DNA from: Blepharisma stoltei ATCC 30299
Lineage: Eukaryota; Protista; Ciliophora
Direction of reading: 5' to 3'
DNA length: 64,000 nt
Assembly: GCA_965603825.1 (NCBI GenBank)
Contig: CBFDEM010000056.1
Span: 620,001-684,000 of the forward strand
Below the pieces are notes generated by a model that ran no database searches, had not been told where the DNA came from, and saw only the letters and a program-made list of their open reading frames with translations. This document shows, in pieces, positions 1-12,581 of the stretch; positions within the stretch are counted from its first letter, which is position 1, and each line of letters starts with the position of its first letter. A program made the position numbers and the translations under genes.

Positions 1-449
1 AGTCCAGCAACGAATTGGTTATTTTAGTAGGAGATTTCAATGTCAATGGACGAGAAGAAATCAAGCCTCCGAAGTTCAAAGACCAGGAATGCCAAGATGA
101 TTATTCTTGCTTTATTAATGAAATCAGTAAGGGAGGAAAGGAAGAAATTCTAGATGTGTTGAGAATGAAATTTGGGTATACCCCTGCGACTTATGGTAGA
201 GTAGATAGAAATGGAAACGCAATTGAAACTGTGTTGAGCGAAAAAGACGAGACTATGAGTGATGAAGGGCTAGACCACATATTCTTTTGTAATATTGAGA
301 AAAGCATTGAAAATGATTATAAAGTTCACATCAATATGGAAAGAACGCTAGTGGAGCCATTTTATACCCCAAATCAACCTTTTACACAGATAAGCGACCA
401 TGCTGCCGTCCAGACGTCGTTTACATGGCTTAAAAATAATATGAGTTAA
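1..449 (+). CDS. Endonuclease/exonuclease/phosphatase (EEP) family protein, sphingomyelinase-like; 5' end lies outside the window
   Basis: ILVGDFN, GLDHIF and ISDH motifs of the EEP fold; frame open from base 3; TAA stop. Confidence 0.8.
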   Translation, partial: SSNELVILVGDFNVNGREEIKPPKFKDQECQDDYSCFINEISKGGKEEILDVLRMKFGYTPATYGRVDRNGNAIETVLSEKDETMSDEGLDHIFFCNIEKSIENDYKVHINMERTLVEPFYTPNQPFTQISDHAAVQTSFTWLKNNMS

Positions 450-457
450 TATCGTAA

Positions 458-1438
458 CTATCTTGCAATGTCAAAAGTCTGCACAACAGGTTTTGATATT
501 GTTCCTAACATTAATCGCTTATATGGATGCTCTCTATCGAACTCTTGTGGGCATAAGACTACAACTGTTTCGTCACTTCTTTCAGGCAGCTCCAGTCCAT
601 CTGGTATCTTTGCTTGTAAATATGGAGCGAGCGGCTGAGTCTGAGCTTGACTTCCTACAACAGATATGTTGAAGTAAAGTCCTCTGTCTTTGGATCTAAA
701 CAAATAAATTATTATAAACAAGCTAATAGTCTCACACACCTCACCAAAAATGACAACAATATCTCAATATATCTCAGGAGGATCTAAAAAGCTTGCAACT
801 ATCATCAGAAATGTAATTGTCAAAATTTTTTGAAAATAAAAAAAATAGCAAACTTTCAAGAAAAATTTGAGCATAGAAACTTTCTCCGATGTTGGCGGAA
901 TCATTTGAGTTATGTTGGAATCTCTCAAAGAATTCAATCGGGTTTGCAAAGCCTTTATGTTCGCAGAACAGTATTTTCAGGTAAGGTAAAATAATATAGA
1001 GAGCATTATGTCCAGTAAAATAATCAACTGCTGTGGGTTGATCATAAATGCACTAAATCCTAAATAAACGGCTCCCATCGTCATTGCAATAACTGTGACT
1101 TCACTTCTTTCTAGCATATCCCTAGTGATCCCAAACCCTTTACTAATTAAAATTAAGGATGTGAAAATAAAGGTGTTGTAAAGCGTATATGTCGAACTTC
1201 AAGCCAAATCTCAATAGTCATAAGCAGCTGATTCTTGGCATGTAAAATATCTAGGAGATAAAAAAATATCATTGAAAGTCTTGAAGCATAAAACCAAAAC
1301 TATCACTTTTTGCAGAGGCTTGGTGAATCGTCAGTTTATTTTTCAGGTATTTATGATTCACCAGATAAAGCAGCTACCCCAGGCTATGCTAGCGAAGATG
1401 TAAAAATAGCCTAAAACCAAGCTATTCGAGCATGTCAT
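458..1438 (-). CDS. Multi-pass (~7TM) membrane protein, GOST/TMEM87/GPR180-like, 326 aa
   Basis: Single frame from ATG 1438 to TAG 458 when 7 TGA are read as Trp; joins ORFs 764-949 and 458-739; successive hydrophobic helices; LILISKGFGITRDML resembles the GOST-family motif. Confidence 0.65.
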
Positions 1439-2382
1439 TTTTTAATTTTTATTATTTTTCACCAAATTGCTAGTCTATCTAATAAAACCTATACAAAATT
1501 GCTTTATACAGCAAATCAAAGGTGCTTTAGATTATAAATTCAAAATATCCGCTATAGAAAAGGCTTATTAGAGGCTTCCCCTAAATCAAAAATTTAGCAT
1601 TTTAATTGTGATTATCTGCTGTCAAAATTTGAATTGAGTATTAAAAATTCATGGCTCCGAACTGAATAAAAAAGAAAACTTTAAGATTTTCAATTCTTAC
1701 TTCTATTGTGCTTTTTATCTGCTCCGTTTCTAGTTAACCTTCATAAATTCCTTTTTATTTTTCTCCGCTGACAAAGTGTGTGAATTTTATCAACAGCCTC
1801 GCTAAACCAAACAATTTAGCTCCTCAGAGTAAGGATCTGATTTTTCAAAATTAGCACAAAAATCAAATATCAAGAATAACTTCTTTGATAAATTGTTTAA
1901 TGAATATCTTCATATGCTTCATGAAATATATCTTCAATAAATTTTGAGAGTTGTACTTACAAAATGAGAGTATGTTAAAAAAGTAAGCATAGCATATATA
2001 TATATAAAATTAGAAATCAGTATTTTAACATAAAAATTCTATAAGATCAAAAAACAAGAAGTAATTAATAAAACTACCTAAAAAAGGCTTAGAATTGCGC
2101 TTTTCCTAATAATAGATTAAAAAATCAAAAAAAAATTGCAAACTCTATCAAACTATTTACAATAAAAATATTCTCATTACTTCAATGTCAAATTATATAA
2201 ATATTCAATATTTGAATCTGAGTGCATTTTCAGAATAATTTAATTTATTTAATTCTAAAAATTTGGATGAATGCATTAAGATACTTTGACTACATTACTA
2301 CACAAATAAAATCAAAATAATTAGAAATCAAATGATAGCAGTAAACCATAAGAAATTGCCTATTAAAGTTTATCTTCGGTAT

Positions 2383-2721
2383 TTACTTAGCCTTCTTTTG
2401 CTGCTGCATCTTCTTTTTAATTACTTTTACCTCTTCTGTAAGGAAAGCTCTGATAATTCTCTCTTTAACTGTTTTGTGAGAAAGAACTCCTCCATAAGCT
2501 CTTGAAACAGTTCGATCCTTTTTGTTGATTCTTGAATACTCTTTTGGCCTTAGAGCTGGAATGCCTGCCAATCTCTCTCCAGTCTCTTTGCAGTGTGGCC
2601 CTTTTGCAATTTTTTTGACATAATGAACGAGTAAGCGTCCTCCTGGGGTTTTGACTTGTCTGATCTTATGAGACTTGGTGTGATATGGGCATCTTTTCCT
2701 TAGAATCACTCGTTTCACCAT
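2383..2721 (-). CDS. RPL34: 60S ribosomal protein L34 (eL34)
   Basis: YHTKS..IRQVKTPGGRL, RTVSRAYGG, RIIRAFLTEE; start at AAAATG 2721. Confidence 0.97.
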   Translation of the reverse strand: MVKRVILRKRCPYHTKSHKIRQVKTPGGRLLVHYVKKIAKGPHCKETGERLAGIPALRPKEYSRINKKDRTVSRAYGGVLSHKTVKERIIRAFLTEEVKVIKKKMQQQKKAK

Positions 2722-3108
2722 TTTATTAAGTCTTATTGATACAAAATGGGTATCTCTCATGGATATTGATGCAACCTGAGTAATCTTTTTATTTATTTTG
2801 AATTTTTTGTGCCTTACTAATTTTTCCAGTATTAATAAAGCAAAAAAATAACTTTTATCATGATATAAAGATTGTCATGTTATTTATAATGAGCTCGTTA
2901 AAATTAAGCATGTAATATCCTCATATATGATCCTTTATAACTCAAATTTTATTAAATGCAATTTTGATTATTAAGATGCTGTCTAAATATAAAATCATGC
3001 TAAAATTTTAGCTTAGCTTTAATTTTTCTGATGATAATATGAGAAAACTGTTTTCAACATAAAAATTAATTTAATATCTCAGTCTTTAAATATGACATAA
3101 AAAATTAC

Positions 3109-3399
3109 ATGAAAAATTCCGAAGTGACGTCAAAAGATAAAACAACTGAAGAAAGACAATTAAGACTAGAAATGAACAGGGCTGCAGCCATGAGATCAAG
3201 GAACAAAAAAAGAATGGAAATGCTCAGACTTAAATCACTAGTAGTCGACTTAAATAACGAAAAAGTCCTCCTAGAATTGAAGTTACAGCAGTATGAGATG
3301 CTAATGCAAGCAAGCTATGGCGAAAATAACATGCTAAAAGTCGAGATGACCCAGCTCATGCTCGAAAACGCTGTTTTAAAACAGAATTTAAAGTGTTAA
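3109..3399 (+). CDS. Small bZIP transcription factor
   Basis: Basic region RLEMNRAAAMRSRNKKR followed by a leucine heptad repeat. Confidence 0.85.
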   Translation: MKNSEVTSKDKTTEERQLRLEMNRAAAMRSRNKKRMEMLRLKSLVVDLNNEKVLLELKLQQYEMLMQASYGENNMLKVEMTQLMLENAVLKQNLKC

Positions 3400-3633
3400 T
3401 TTAAATTCTCTTGTGGTTTTTGAAAATGCCTACATTATTCATATTTAATTATACTTCGCTTAAAAAATGGAGAGAAAATTCTTTCCTTATGACCCTTTAG
3501 AAAAAATGCTCAAAACCATTTTCGATTCTAAAACAGTCAAAAGCATTCAATAAAACTTCCATCAAAATAAGGCTTTATATAAAATGTTCTAATATATTTA
3601 TATCATAATCACCATTATTTTTATTAATTCCGC

Positions 3634-4423
3634 TTAATATTTGCAAGAGAGAGTTACTCTTGCAGATTGATGAAACAAAAATACAGCTGGATAAAACGTG
3701 CCTGTCAAATTAACAAATGCCGGCCCTAATTCGACGCCATTTTTTAAAAATGATAATATTCCATTTTCTCCTTTAAATTCAAGCAAAACTCCTATCACGT
3801 CTCCAGTTCTAGCACTAGCAGAATAGTCTTCTACAAAGCCTGGCCCACATTTTTTGCCTCTACAATATAAATTACACTGAGCAAATATAGCCCCAAAACA
3901 TTCCTGAATCAGGAGGACTTGAATATAAATTTATTTCTTTAATAGCAATTCCAATATAGATGTCTTCGTCGTTAGGAAAATTATCTAGCTTAACCTCCCA
4001 ATAGTGCCTTCCTGAGCTGATTGTGGAGTTTCCTAGTATGCATTCATAACCTGTTTCAGCCTTTTTGGTAGCGGTGCGATTATTGTTGGAGAGTTCAATG
4101 TTTTTGGTTAAAACTAGAGAGTCCCATTGGAAATAATTTTTTATAACCATTACAAATTTGGTAACTGCCTTAAGTCTCAAACTATAAGGCGTGTCTGTCA
4201 CTTTTACTTCTCTCAAATGCCCCATAGGGTAGAACAATTTTAACGAGCTAATTGAATCCACCCCCAAGCTTTTTGCTAATTGTTCGTAAAGCATTTCAAA
4301 GGTATTATCAATATTCCACGAGTACTCAAACGATTTTCGCCTCCCTACAAAGCATTTCACTCTAATTGCAATTGCATTTGTTAGGTCTGAAAACTGTATA
4401 TAAGCTTCCCCTCCTCATGTCAT
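3634..4423 (-). CDS. Ubiquitin-like N-domain + SPRY/B30.2 protein, 257 aa (exons 4423-3876 and 3859-3634)
   Basis: ATG ACA TGA(W) start; LSNNNRTA, SGRHYWEV, IYIGIA; removing the 16-nt intron restores GDVIGVLL..LSFLKNGVELGPAF..FYPAV. Confidence 0.85.
3860..3875 (-). other. 16-nt spliceosomal intron GTAATTTATATTGTAG
   Basis: GTA...TAG with A at position 10; removal restores the SPRY reading frame. Confidence 0.9.
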
Positions 4424-4516
4424 TTTTATTCGTGCTCGCTGCGAGTTCTTTTCTTTAATTGTTCCATAGCCGTATGGAGTCAGAATAACTTCTTCGTGGC
4501 CCATATATCAAAAATT

Positions 4517-5200
4517 ATGTCAATATATGGAGGATTCGGAACTCGTCAGCAGGAAACTCAGTATAATAATCTCACAGAAACGCTTATTTCATTACTTCAA
4601 TATAGACTGATCGCTTATATGAAATGTGAAAAAATAGATGAAGAAAGCTTCAGGCTGGGTATTTTGAATGTTTATGATTCTATGACTAGAATGGAAATCA
4701 GGAAATATCTTGAGCCAAAATTCTCAGATTCGTGCAAAGATTTGGTTAAAAAGATAGTAAAAGAGATGGAGGAAGAAAAAAAGATTAGCGAAGTGGCTAG
4801 CGAGCATCATATTTTTATTAAACAGACAAGTCCTAATTCACTGTTAGGCGAAATATATTTTGATAGTGAGTTGCTAAATAGTAAAGGGAAAGACACAGAG
4901 AAAGTACTGAAAAAGGTAAAAAGCAAGCTTAAAGTAAGGCAAAAATATCACCTGAATGAAGGAAAATCTTCAAAAAAAGTCAGCAAGAAATTGTTTCCAG
5001 GATCTTACACAATGATGGATCAAATGAAATCAAAAGAAGATTCCCCTGAACTAAGAAGTAAAACTCCTATTTTGGCTCAGAAAAATCCACTAACTTTCCG
5101 ACCTTCTTTAACATCTCGTGATCCTTCAATTCCAAAGCCACCTTCCAGGCCAAAAACCCCAGACAATGGGTTTCTATATGCAAGAATACCTAAAACCTAG
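4517..5200 (+). CDS. Hypothetical protein (helical N-terminal domain, Pro/Ser-rich tail)
   Basis: Uninterrupted ORF starting MSIYGGFG; divergent from the SPRY gene with a 93-bp gap. Confidence 0.7.
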   Translation: MSIYGGFGTRQQETQYNNLTETLISLLQYRLIAYMKCEKIDEESFRLGILNVYDSMTRMEIRKYLEPKFSDSCKDLVKKIVKEMEEEKKISEVASEHHIFIKQTSPNSLLGEIYFDSELLNSKGKDTEKVLKKVKSKLKVRQKYHLNEGKSSKKVSKKLFPGSYTMMDQMKSKEDSPELRSKTPILAQKNPLTFRPSLTSRDPSIPKPPSRPKTPDNGFLYARIPKT

Positions 5201-5268
5201 AATGAAACTGATAAAGCCAATATTTAGAAAATGCTTATACTAAAAATTTAAATCAATAATAAGCTAAA

Positions 5269-6339
5269 ATGTATTATTTTGTTTTCCTATTCATCCCTGT
5301 ATTTGCTGCAATCACTATCACCGCACCCGCTGATTTTTCTATTGCAGCATCCAGTGCAACTCAAACACTTTCATGGACATTTTCTTCCTCCTCGTCAATA
5401 ACATGCAGCATAAATTCATATCTTGGCGAGATCAGCTTTCCAGTCTATACAGCATCAGGCGTTTCAGCAACAAATTCTCTTTCATATACAGACACAGTAT
5501 TCTATCAAAGAGCAAGCTTCACTGGCACTGCTTCTCAAATGGATAATGCTTTTGCAAGTGCGGTATACCAGCCTCATCAATTTTACTCTAGCAATACTGG
5601 GTCAAAGGCTGTCATTGAGCAAACAGATTATATTGAAATAGTCTGCACGGATGGTTCTACCTCTGCATCTGCTTCTACAATGGTTGGAATTGGAACTGGG
5701 TGGGTTGACGACCCTACTTGTGGAGGAAACAGTTGTGATAGTCATGGCTGGTGCGATAAAACCACAGGAAATTGCTATTGCTGGTGGCCTTATTATGGAA
5801 GTTCAACCTCGAGATGTGATAAATTAGATTGTGGGATCTGCAAGCATGGTAGTACCTGCGATACTTCAACAGGTAAGTGCACATGCACCAGCAGCACATT
5901 CTCTGGAGACCATTGCGAAATTGTAGCTTGTACAGCTGCTTCATGCAATGGCAATGGCTGATGCAACCCTACCAATGGAGTTTGCCAATGCTATTCAGGA
6001 TATACAGGAGAAACTTGCAGTTTAATATACTGTCTTAACAACTGTAATGGAAACGGTGTATGCAACATGTCAACAGGCACTTGCACATGTGCTACAAATT
6101 ATTTCGGAACGGACTGCTCTTTCAAAAAATGCCCAAGAGACTGTGGAGCATACGGAGGCTGCAACTATTCAACTGGTGAATGCAAGTGCTATGGAACTTA
6201 TAGTGCTAAAGACTGCTACTTTGCTACATGTCCTGGCACTCCTACCTGCTCTTCCAAAGGCGTTTGCAACTACTATACTGGGGAATGTGTCTGCAACTCA
6301 GGATATGTTGGAGTGGATTGCTCGCTCACTTCAGCATAA
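5269..6339 (+). CDS. Secreted tenascin/teneurin-type EGF-repeat protein, 356 aa
   Basis: Signal peptide; about 6-7 Cys-rich EGF repeats (C..HG.C...TG.C.C...Y.G..C); TGA 5959 read as W joins two ORFs. Confidence 0.9.
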
Positions 6340-6369
6340 AAACTGCTTAAGATAATAGTTATTAATTAA

Positions 6370-6672
6370 ATGGGAGCTATGCTATGTGCAAGTGGGCGTC
6401 CAGATAAAGAAGCTCTGAACTCAGCAGCGTATTTCTGAAGCAACCCTTCGTTTAAGAAGCTTGGGAAAAGACAAAGCCCTTCAAAGCAATATAATATTGG
6501 GGTTATGTATAGAGGAAAGAGATCGATTCTGACAGAAGAAGAGTTATGGGCTGCTAAAAAGATCATGAGAGCTTATAGAAATTATAAAAACCGAGTATTG
6601 ACGACCCAAACTTCTTTATCATCATCTTTTGAACGACTAGAAAAAGTTTCAAGAGAAGGTGTCAAAGTTTAA
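6370..6672 (+). CDS. 100-aa putatively N-acylated IQ-motif protein (absent from the ORF track)
   Basis: MGAMLCAS N-terminus; AAKKIMRAYRNYK IQ-like motif; one TGA=W; fills the gap between neighbours. Confidence 0.7.
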
Positions 6673-6726
6673 TCTTTATTATTAAAATAATTAAAAGCCG
6701 GGTCTATTAGAAATTCAACGTTAAAA

Positions 6727-8538
6727 ATGCATTCAAACAGAAGCACTAATGACTCTTATCATAGCGATTCTTCATTGAAAAGACCTACAAAGGAAAAAAT
6801 AACTGCAAGAAAAGCATTTAAAGTAAAAAAAATTAAGAGAAGTCATACTTTTTGCAAATCTGAAGTTCCTAATGAATTTAAAAGCAAACTTGAAAGAATA
6901 AGAAAGAGAAAAAATACGATGCATTTTGAAGTTACTCCACAATTAGCTTCACAAGTAGTTAAAGAGTATATCATTCCTATGTTTGAAGCAGATTACAAAG
7001 CAAAAAACATTGTAAATCGATCAATCTCATATGGCAGAAATAAATCATTGAAGAAATCAAATTTCAAGCTCAGCGATATTTTATCAAAAGAGCTTGAAAG
7101 TATGAAATTAGAAACTAAATTTGTAGAAGAAAACTACAGCAAAGCTATAATTGATACAACTGCTATTAAAAATGAATTAAATGAGCTTAAGCAAAATCTG
7201 TTAGAAAAGAGAAGCTTGTTAGAATCAATGAAATATCAGTATAATGAAGGAATAAAACAAAAAAAACTCGAGTTTTTGAATTTATCCTTAATAAATCAAG
7301 AAACAGCTAAAAATAGACAACTTTTGAGTGAAATTGAAAAATTAAGGACTAAAAATGGTGAAGATCTTGTGGGAGAGAAAAACGTAAATGAAGAGTTGAA
7401 AAATACATCGAAGCAGATGCAGCATTGAAATTCAGTTTATAAGATGTCAAATGATGTCATGGGAGAAACATTAAAAGGACTGTATCAAGCTTCTTCAGAA
7501 TTTACTAACGAAATATTGTTTAAAAAATCTTTAGAAAATTTGGCTTTGAAAAATAAGCAAGATTTTGAAATGCTTGAAGAATTGGAATATGAAATTATTA
7601 ATGAGCTGCCATTTATTTTGACTGAAAATGAATTCTTCAGTTCAGAAAATACTACAAAGTCAACGTTGAAAGAAAGCCTAATGCAAGATATTAGAAGACT
7701 TAAGCAAGCAGCAGCAGACAACATTGAAAGCATCAAAAATAAGCTAAAAGATACGGTTGATCAAAACACTGATTTAAGCCAAAAATGCTTAGAAATGGAA
7801 AAGAAAACTGAAGTTCTAAGAGAAGAATACAATAAATTGGCCGAAAAATTCAGAGAACTCCAACCAAAACAAAAAATCTTCGGGCAAAATGAAGAAAAGT
7901 TATGTAAGAGATGCAACTCAATTTACACTGAAAAAGAAAACTTTAATTGGTCATGTGTTATTCACAAGAGTGAGTGGACTAACAAAATATATTGATGCTG
8001 TGGAGCTACGAAAAAAGAATCTGTCGGCTGCGTCAAAACTAAGCATATTTCTAAAGAAGAAGCTGAAAATTTTGAACTAATTACTCCTCAAGGAGACAAT
8101 AAAGATAAACTTTTCTGCACTAGCTGCAGAACAAATGGTCATAGCCTAAATAGTTGTCCTAAAGATCCAAATCCAAATAGTTTTTCTGACAGAAAAAGCG
8201 AACAAATAAGGACAAGAAATTCCATCAGAAAAAGAACGAAAATTGGACAATTAAATTTCGATTCAAGTGCTCGAATTTTAAATTCATTAAAATACAGAAA
8301 TAAAAGCGCAAATAAAGAAAACTCCTTTAGAGAGATTTCAAGCCTGAGGAATGCTGTCAAAATGGATAGCTCTTATAATAGAGTTTTAATTGATGATATC
8401 CTATTAGAGGAAAATAAAAGATCGCCTATTCGGTCAAGGACTACAAAGGAGGATACAATGGAGATTGATACAAAATGCAAAATGACACATTTGGATGAGA
8501 ATTTTTCAAGGAATTTCATAGAAATGTATAAATTATAA
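6727..8538 (+). CDS. Coiled-coil protein with a Btk/CHORD-like Cys/His motif and a CCHC zinc knuckle, 603 aa
   Basis: Continuous frame with TGA 7426 and 7993 as W; CKRC..C..H...YWCCG..GC...H; CTSCRTNGHSLNSC. Confidence 0.75.
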
Positions 8539-8551
8539 GTTAATATTAAAA

Positions 8552-11038
8552 ATGAACCCCCAAAATCAGCAACGGACTTCTCTAGCAGAACTTCAAAGAA
8601 GGTCACATATGTTAAGCCAGCAATTTGATGAGCTGCCAGAGAAAGACTTGGATGCTCCAACATTCCACAGCATTCCCACTCCAGACACACAGAATAGCTT
8701 AGCCCCTTCAGAAACAATGGCCAACTTAGTTGCCCCTCAAAACATTCCTCAAAGAGAAATGCGAATTTCCCAAGGCACTCTTCCAAGGCCTCTCAACCGT
8801 TATGATACCTTTGACGGGGTTTTTAATGTCCAAAGTCAGCCTCCTCCTTCAGTTCTTGCCCAAGTTATATATAAAGAAATCTCGGTCTCTTCTCCAAGAT
8901 TTTTAAGATTCACGAGCTCATACTGCGCTTTAGACGAAACAAAGCAAAATTCATCAGGAATTCCATTAGGCTTTATATGGCAACCTTTAGCTGACTTAGA
9001 TCCTAGAGAAGATCCAATTCCATTTATTGATGGTATTCCTTATAGATGCTCCAACTGTGGCTCTTATGTAAATCCTTTCTTTAAATACGACACAGCCCAA
9101 AAATGAATCTGTAATATTTGCGAATCTAGACTAGAAATATCAGAAAAATACATAGGGAACCCTGAAACAAAGCCTGAGTTGACACTGGGGACTTATGAGT
9201 TTGCAGCGCCTAGTGACTTTTCTAATAGACCTTTAGTATCTCCTTTATATCTCTTTTGTGTTGAAATATCTGCGCATTCTTTAGAAATGGGGTTGCTTCA
9301 GCAAGTGGTTTCTTCTATTAAGAATATGCTTGATTATATACCTTTTAAAGAAAGATGCCAAATAGGAGTAGTTACATTTGGGTGCTTTATGCAATTGTTT
9401 AGACTAAATTCTCGTGGAGACCTTACTGAAGTAGTAATAAGCGACATTGATGACCCATTTATTCCAGATCCTCCAAATTCATATATGTTTCACGTCGGAA
9501 ATCAATTTGATGAATTAGAAAATTTTCTAGAAAAATTGGCAAGCTGGGATTTTTCAAACCCTCCAAAAGTAACAATTTCGATTGGGGCTGTGCTGGGCGC
9601 TATAAAAGATTATTTTTTAAAAAATATTGGTGGAAGAGTTATAGTGTTTACTACACAGTTAGGAACTATTGGAAAATTAAAATTATCTGATAGAGTTGAC
9701 GTGAAACTGTTTGGCACTGATAAAGAAAATAATTTGTATTTACCTTTAGAAAGCTATTCTAGTCTAGGTAAAGAGCTGTGCGAAGATGATATTTGTGTTG
9801 ACATTTTCGCTTGCACAAATGAAAAAAGTATTGACGTGCCAAGTTTGGCTTGCTTATGCACTCAAACAGGAGGTGATTTGTATTATTATTCTGGATATAG
9901 AAGTGATATTGATGGAGAAAAAATTTATTATCAGATTTTTAGAATCTTAACCAGAAGTCAAGGATATCAAGGATTGTTAAGGGTGAGGTGTAGTAATGGA
10001 TTAACTGTTGACTATTATACAGGCAAATTTAAACGAAAAGGCCCAGTTGAGATGGAAATTGCTGCAATAGACTCTGATAAAAGCATTGGAGTTGTATTAA
10101 AATATGACTCAAAACTGAAAGATGACTATGATAATTATGTACAATGCGCAATGCTATATACTAATATTTTAGGACAAAGGATGATAAGAATTTTTAATGG
10201 AGTAATAAAAAGCACAAAATATGTTGCAAATTTTTATAGGTCAAGTGATCCCGATGTCATAATTAACATCAGTACAAAAATTTGTGCGTATCAACTTTAT
10301 GAGCAAAATATAAAGACTGTTAGAGAAAACTGGCTTTCTAGCATTGGAAGGCTTTGCAATTTATATTTTAAAGAAGGTGCTGACCAAAACTTCAAGACAA
10401 CAACATTGCCAGAGCCAATAAAAATTCTTCCGCTTTATATAAACTCTGCGATGAAAACTCCTGCATTTTCAGTTTCTTATGGAATTGATGCAAGAATCAG
10501 CTTTGCGCATTATTTATTAGCAGCCACTGTTCAGCAATCAAGGTTAATGCTTTACCCAATGATATATAGCTTGCATGATATTAATGAGCAATCACATTTT
10601 CCAGGAAACTTGTCAAATAATGAAACGGTGATTTTACCAAATTTAGTGCCTTGTTCTAAGCATAGTATCCAATCTAATGGGGTCTACTTTATGGCTGATG
10701 GAGAAATAATATGTCTTTATATTGGAAGTGATGTTTCTGTGGAATTTATAGTTGATGTTTTTGGCGCTCAAAGCTTCGAAGAGTTAAGCGAAAACCCAGA
10801 AAAATGAGTTTTGGCCGATTTAGGAAATGATAATTCATCAAAAATTATCGCTATTTATGAAGAAATTAGGAATAGAAATCCAGGACATTTTCCAACACTT
10901 TATTGGCATTTTGAAGGTAAAAGCTCTGAACTAGTGCTAAAAAGATTTTTAGTTGAAGATCAGATGCCTAATGAAATATCCTATCATGATTACTATTTGA
11001 AGATTCACAAAATGGTGATTACTAAGCAATTTAATTAA
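8552..11038 (+). CDS. SEC24: COPII coat subunit Sec24, 828 aa
   Basis: PRFLRFTS, RCSNCGSYVNPF..KW(TGA)ICNIC zinc finger, trunk domain, LRVRCSNGL, VQCAMLYT, FLVED. Confidence 0.93.
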
Positions 11039-11068
11039 TATATGAAACTGTTAATTAGAATATAAAAA

Positions 11069-11702
11069 ATGTTTAGCAGATTTCAAAAAAGCTTCAAAAG
11101 CATCAATATTAAGAAGCTAAATATCGTCGCATGTGGATCGATTGCAATAATGTTTCTAGCTGACCGATTTTACCATAAAACTTATTTTCCTACTCTTCTC
11201 TCGAAACTCCCTAATATCCCAAATCCGGAACGAATTAATTTCAAAACGCTTGACAAGGATGAGGAAACTATAAACGATTTAGAGATCCACTACTATTAAA
11301 TTGAACTATTCAAAGCTATCTTGAATCAAGAGCCAATTTTAGCATTCATACAATTCAACTATTTATTCTTGCAATGCTAAATCACTATTTTAGAAAAAGA
11401 GGTGAATATTTATGAATTCTTTGCTGCTTAATCCTTGCTGGAAATATTATATATGCATCAGCATACTATTTGCAATCCGTAAGAATGACGATTTTAATCA
11501 ATTATGTAAATGATGGCAATTGAAAAGTTTATGAAAATTTGGGAAACAAATGTTTAACTATCAGCATGTAGCTGGAAAATTGGTACCTATTGGCTGTTTT
11601 GGGATTCTTATGTGCATAATAGGAAATGCGATTGCTTGACCATTATGGGGATCAATCGGAAGTATTTTATTACTCACAATCTTTTTTAAGCATTGGAGAT
11701 AA
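11069..11702 (+). pseudogene. DUF423/TMEM256-like membrane protein gene, copy 1, with two -1 frameshifts (or assembly indels)
   Basis: Homology to copy 2 continues past TAA 11297 in another frame (YLESRANF..GNIIYASAYYLQS..GKLVPIG); shifts near 11280 and 11535. Confidence 0.55.
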
Positions 11703-11901
11703 AATCTAGTGTCAAGGTTCAGTCTCTGTGAAGAGAATTGTATTTCTTCTATGTAGACTCCTTTATAACTAATTTTAATATTTTGTTGTACCTGTAAATA
11801 ACAATTATCGTACTGCACTTTCCATACCTCATCGATTTTTAATCAACTTATAAGCCTTTGCTATTTCATGAAAAACTATTAAAATAGGATTTATAAAGAA
11901 A

Positions 11902-12490
11902 ATGTTCAGCATATTCAAAGCAAACTCCGAAAATGTCAGCATTAAGAAGTTGAATACTATCACATGCTGATCAATTGCTATTACCTTTTTAGCTGATAGA
12001 TTTCTCATAAGATTTATATTCCCAGCCTTCTAGTAAGACTTCCTGATTTCCCGAAATCACATTACATAAAACCCAATTATTTTACACGCGGCGGGAAGCA
12101 TAAGTGAATGATAAATGATCGCAAAGATCCAATAGTATTTCAAGTAATTATCAAATATTATCTTAAATCGAGAGCCAACTTTGATATTTCTGCAATCCAA
12201 CTTTTTAGTCTTATAAGTCTATATTGCTATTTCAGATATAGAAGTGGACGCTGATTAATTCCTTGCTGCTTTCTCCTTACAGGAAATATAATCTATGCAT
12301 CAGCATATTACTTACAGTCTTTAAGAATGGCTATTTTATTTGATTATATAAAGAATAAGAATTGAAAAGTTTACGATGAATTTTTAGATCTTATGTATAG
12401 TAGCCCTATAATTGACTAAAAAAGCTCTTTTTATAAAAATGAAAAAAATTATATTGGAGCAAGCTCTATTTTATTACTTCTCTATACTTC
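11902..12490 (+). pseudogene. Tandem paralog (copy 2) of 11069-11702; frameshift near 12004 and degraded 3' end
   Basis: MFSIF..IKKLN..FLADRF, then a shifted frame HKIYIPSLL..YLKSRANF..GNIIYASAYYLQSLRM..NWKVY. Confidence 0.6.
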
Positions 12491-12581
12491 ACCTGTCTAC
12501 TCAAAAAATCTATATTATCATCTTCATTTGGCACTAGCTCTTATTTTCATATCTAACTTTAAGTTATTTTAGTTAGTTTAA

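Noticed and set aside
1440-2380. Long AT-rich spacer as an IES, transposon or gene
   Set aside because: No TIRs, transposase motifs or sustained open frame were found
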